A stretch of DNA of 48,194 nucleotides from a virus (lineage: Duplodnaviria; Caudoviricetes): positions 1 through 48,194 of IMG/VR virus record IMGVR_UViG_3300022670_000218; one strand, given 5' to 3'. This document shows, piece after piece, positions 45,455-48,194 of this stretch; position 1 is the first letter of the stretch; the number at the start of each line of letters is the position of its first letter. The translations under genes were made by a program, and so were the position numbers. A model generated the notes under the pieces. That model saw only the letters and a program-made list of their open reading frames with translations. It ran no database searches and was not told where the DNA came from.

Positions 45455-47155
45455 ATGTCAAAGGATTTTATCGAACGTAAAGTGGGGTCATCATCTATAC
45501 AGCTTGCAAGGAAACAGCAGAGGCAACTTGCGTACTTTACCCAATCTAGCATCCAGGAAGAAATCAACATTTCTTATTTAGAACAGTGGTCAGAAAGACA
45601 ATTTCGCGGTAATGATGATTTTTTAAACTGGGTTAAGGTTATCTTTAAAACGGATAACTTTCTTAGTTTTTACAAATATCTCCGGTTCCCTATATCATCT
45701 TCTAAGCTTATAAACAAAAGGGTAATACCGGAACTTAAGAGGGTTTTCTTTGCAGAGGACTCTTTTTTCAATTACACCATAAACGGCGAGAATGTAGAAA
45801 CTCCGGAGAATCTTAAAATCAAGGAATTCAACGAGACAGTTTTTAAGGCGTTAATGTTTCATCATAATGATATTATGGTGCATGACCTAGTTGATATTAA
45901 TATGCCAATGCGTCATTTAGTATCAATTGATAATGTTAAGGCAATAGAATCAAAGAACAACGTTATCAGGCGTCTTGCATTCAGTGCTGAACTGCCTACG
46001 GATAACGGGCCTATACAGGGATTCCTCTTCATGGACTCTGAGCGTTTCCAGTTTCTGGACAAAGACACCTTTGCGGTATTGCTTGATATTCCCCATGATC
46101 TAGGTGAATGTCCTGCCGATTATGTAGCCGCTGAAGCGTTTTCAGATGATGATATAGTAAGAAAATCCATTTACAGTTACGTCCGTGAAGAGTTAGAGGA
46201 ATTTGTATTTCTTAAGACGTTACAGCGCATGACAGAACCCAACGGGGCAATACCTATAGTTACCGTATTAAAGAACTCAGATAATAAGGGAGACGATATA
46301 AAGGGCTCTTCTGAAAAACACCCTATGTCTTCAAAAGAAATTGGCAGTCAACGGGCACAGCTTGGTAACGAAAACAATCCTTTAAAATCTGTTTTACAGA
46401 CCGGAACCGTTGTTAAGGTTAAACCGCCAAGAAAGACAGACGGATCTGTTGATATGGACCCCGTTAAGAATTTTATAAACTTCTTCCACATGCCTGTTGA
46501 GCAGTTGGATTATATAAACAGACGGGTTAATGAGATTGAGCAGAGCATAGTGCTGACTTTGGTAGGAGTAGTGAAGGAAGGGAAGGAAAAGGCAATGAAC
46601 GAATTGCAAAACAAACTTGGAATTGTATCCAAAGAGGACAGGCTCAGGGGTGTTTCATTTGAACTTTCAAGGATCAGACAGAGATCAGATAACAAGATGT
46701 TAGGTCTTGAATTCGGGCCCGACAGAACCACCAATGAGGCTAATTACGGAACTAAGTTTTTCCAGGCAACGCAACCGGAATTATTAGAACTTTTCGATAA
46801 AGCCCCGAACCCTATTGAAAGACAGAAAATTCTTATAAAGCTGGCGCAGACCGAGAACCGCTTTGATAAAGATAAATCAGACAAGGAGGTACTGTTAAAC
46901 AAGTTACTTCCGTATCCCAGTGATTTAGACTTTGATAAGGCAATAACAAGAAACATATTAACGGACACTACTTTCCAATACCAGACTCAGTTTACTCATT
47001 GGATAGGTATTTTCGAAGCAGAGTTTGGGGACATACTTGAATTTGCAAGAATGATAGAAGGAGCCGAAGCAGAGAAACTGTTATTAATAAATAATTTAAT
47101 TACGCAAATAATAAACAAAAGTACAATACAAACAGAAAAAGATATTACTGAATAA
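45455..47155 (+). CDS. portal protein
   Basis: 566 aa after terL and before scaffold/capsid; PHDLGECPA segment. Confidence 0.75.
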   Translation: MSKDFIERKVGSSSIQLARKQQRQLAYFTQSSIQEEINISYLEQWSERQFRGNDDFLNWVKVIFKTDNFLSFYKYLRFPISSSKLINKRVIPELKRVFFAEDSFFNYTINGENVETPENLKIKEFNETVFKALMFHHNDIMVHDLVDINMPMRHLVSIDNVKAIESKNNVIRRLAFSAELPTDNGPIQGFLFMDSERFQFLDKDTFAVLLDIPHDLGECPADYVAAEAFSDDDIVRKSIYSYVREELEEFVFLKTLQRMTEPNGAIPIVTVLKNSDNKGDDIKGSSEKHPMSSKEIGSQRAQLGNENNPLKSVLQTGTVVKVKPPRKTDGSVDMDPVKNFINFFHMPVEQLDYINRRVNEIEQSIVLTLVGVVKEGKEKAMNELQNKLGIVSKEDRLRGVSFELSRIRQRSDNKMLGLEFGPDRTTNEANYGTKFFQATQPELLELFDKAPNPIERQKILIKLAQTENRFDKDKSDKEVLLNKLLPYPSDLDFDKAITRNILTDTTFQYQTQFTHWIGIFEAEFGDILEFARMIEGAEAEKLLLINNLITQIINKSTIQTEKDITE

Positions 47156-47161
47156 AAGATT

Positions 47162-47689
47162 ATGAGTGATTTAAAAGAAAAACACCCGACCATACACCTT
47201 TATATTTATAAGGGAAAGAAAGGAATTAAAGGGGTGGCCAAAGGAGAAGACGGCAAAATTATAAACGACAACCACCCTCTTGATACTATGGAATGGAACA
47301 ACTGGTTAAAACAGGTTATTCCAAGCGGTATTATAAAGATTGATGTTTTGGGAATTGCTAAAATAAAAAAGGATTCAAACGGAAATTATGAGTCGCACAG
47401 CTATGAAGATGTTTCGGAAGAGATTAAAAAGAAAGTTGCAGATTCCCTGATAGCTAAGGTCAATATAAACCTAACTCCTGAGCAAAAAAAGATTGCAGAA
47501 CTTGAGGCTAAAATTGATGCATTGATATCGGGAAACGGTGTTGCACAGGATCATAAAATTGAAGCTTCACCTGAACTCAAAGAGATCCGAGAGGAGTACC
47601 GGGAATTATTCGGTAAAAAAGAGTACCACTCATGGGACGTTGCAACAATACGTGAAAAGATTGACGCAGAATTAGCTAAACAAAATTAA
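47162..47689 (+). CDS. hypothetical head-module protein
   Basis: 175 aa; short helical C-terminus EYRELFGKK..W....IREKI. Confidence 0.6.
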   Translation: MSDLKEKHPTIHLYIYKGKKGIKGVAKGEDGKIINDNHPLDTMEWNNWLKQVIPSGIIKIDVLGIAKIKKDSNGNYESHSYEDVSEEIKKKVADSLIAKVNINLTPEQKKIAELEAKIDALISGNGVAQDHKIEASPELKEIREEYRELFGKKEYHSWDVATIREKIDAELAKQN

Positions 47690-47714
47690 TATTAACCAGA
47701 CGAAATAAAAGATT

Positions 47715-48049
47715 ATGGAGTTTTCAAAAGAATTCATAGAAGAACAAAAATTTACACCGGATCAAGTAACAGCTATCACATCTAATGTTACTACGCATTA
47801 TGATGATAAGATTGCAGTCCTTAAAGGTGAATGGGACGGTTTAGCAAACAAGAATGCAGAACGTATTTTGGACGGTGTTATTGGGTCTACTCAATCTAAA
47901 ACAGGATTCAAATTAGAAAGGAATCAAGGCGAAAAACATGCAGAATATTTACTTAGATTTAACGATGCTTATTTGTCTGACCAAAAAACATCTTTAGAAA
48001 ACGCTAAGATTGAGTTAGATAAAAAAATAAAAGAAGGAGGTACTGACCC
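47715..48049 (+). CDS. N-terminal part of putative scaffold protein, cut by chimeric end
   Basis: Coiled-coil ORF that runs into the inverted duplicate at 48050. Confidence 0.55.
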
Positions 48050-48194
48050 GGTGGTTGTCGTTTATAATTTTGCCGTCTTCTCCTTTGGCCACCCCTTTAA
48101 TTCCTTTCTTTCCCTTATAAATATAAAGGTGTATGGTCGGGTGTTTTTCTTTTAAATCACTCATAATCTTTTATTCAGTAATATCTTTTTCTGT
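48050..48194 (-). repeat. 145-bp inverted duplicate of 47132-47276 (likely chimera)
   Basis: Exact reverse complement reaching the contig end. Confidence 0.9.

Noticed and set aside
48050-48155. Hydrophobic C-terminus of ORF 47715-48155
   Set aside because: Translated from the inverted duplicate, so not genuine
1-48194. CRISPR array, DGR/retron, alternative genetic code
   Set aside because: No regularly spaced repeats and no reverse transcriptase; genes tile densely under the standard code with TAA, TAG and TGA all used as stops

Overview
The window is a nearly complete, circularly permuted genome of a tailed, siphovirus-like phage. The host is most likely Bacteroidota: the DNA is AT-rich, promoters follow the TTTG-N19-21-TAnnTTTG pattern, and start codons sit in A-rich contexts without Shine-Dalgarno motifs. 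Almost all genes are on the + strand. Order: scaffold C-terminus, capsid, neck and tail genes, tape measure, a LamG-containing tail protein and a holin-like gene (1-16.7 kb); a Cro-like HTH, RecT, replication and nuclease genes among many small ORFs (16.9-38.9 kb); then terminase small and large subunits, portal and scaffold N-terminus (38.9-48.05 kb). The last 145 bp are an inverted copy of 47132-47276, probably a chimera. I recognise no integrase, CI-type repressor or endolysin. The most unusual signal is non-coding: (i) a promoter-to-terminator ~70-nt RNA at the late/early boundary, antisense to the 'AACT-ATG-AAA' start context of about ten early genes; (ii) three promoter-proximal leader RNAs whose 5' 11-mer pairs with a hairpin loop, two of them clear homologues with compensatory changes, recalling P4 CI and P1 C4 RNA control; (iii) a ~1.07-kb ORF-free block of structured RNAs including distorted tRNA-like elements. 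A minus-strand cassette encodes an XRE HTH and a Bro-N protein with a BstA-like C-terminus, with two palindromic operators upstream. All protein calls come from motif recall and synteny, not database searches.
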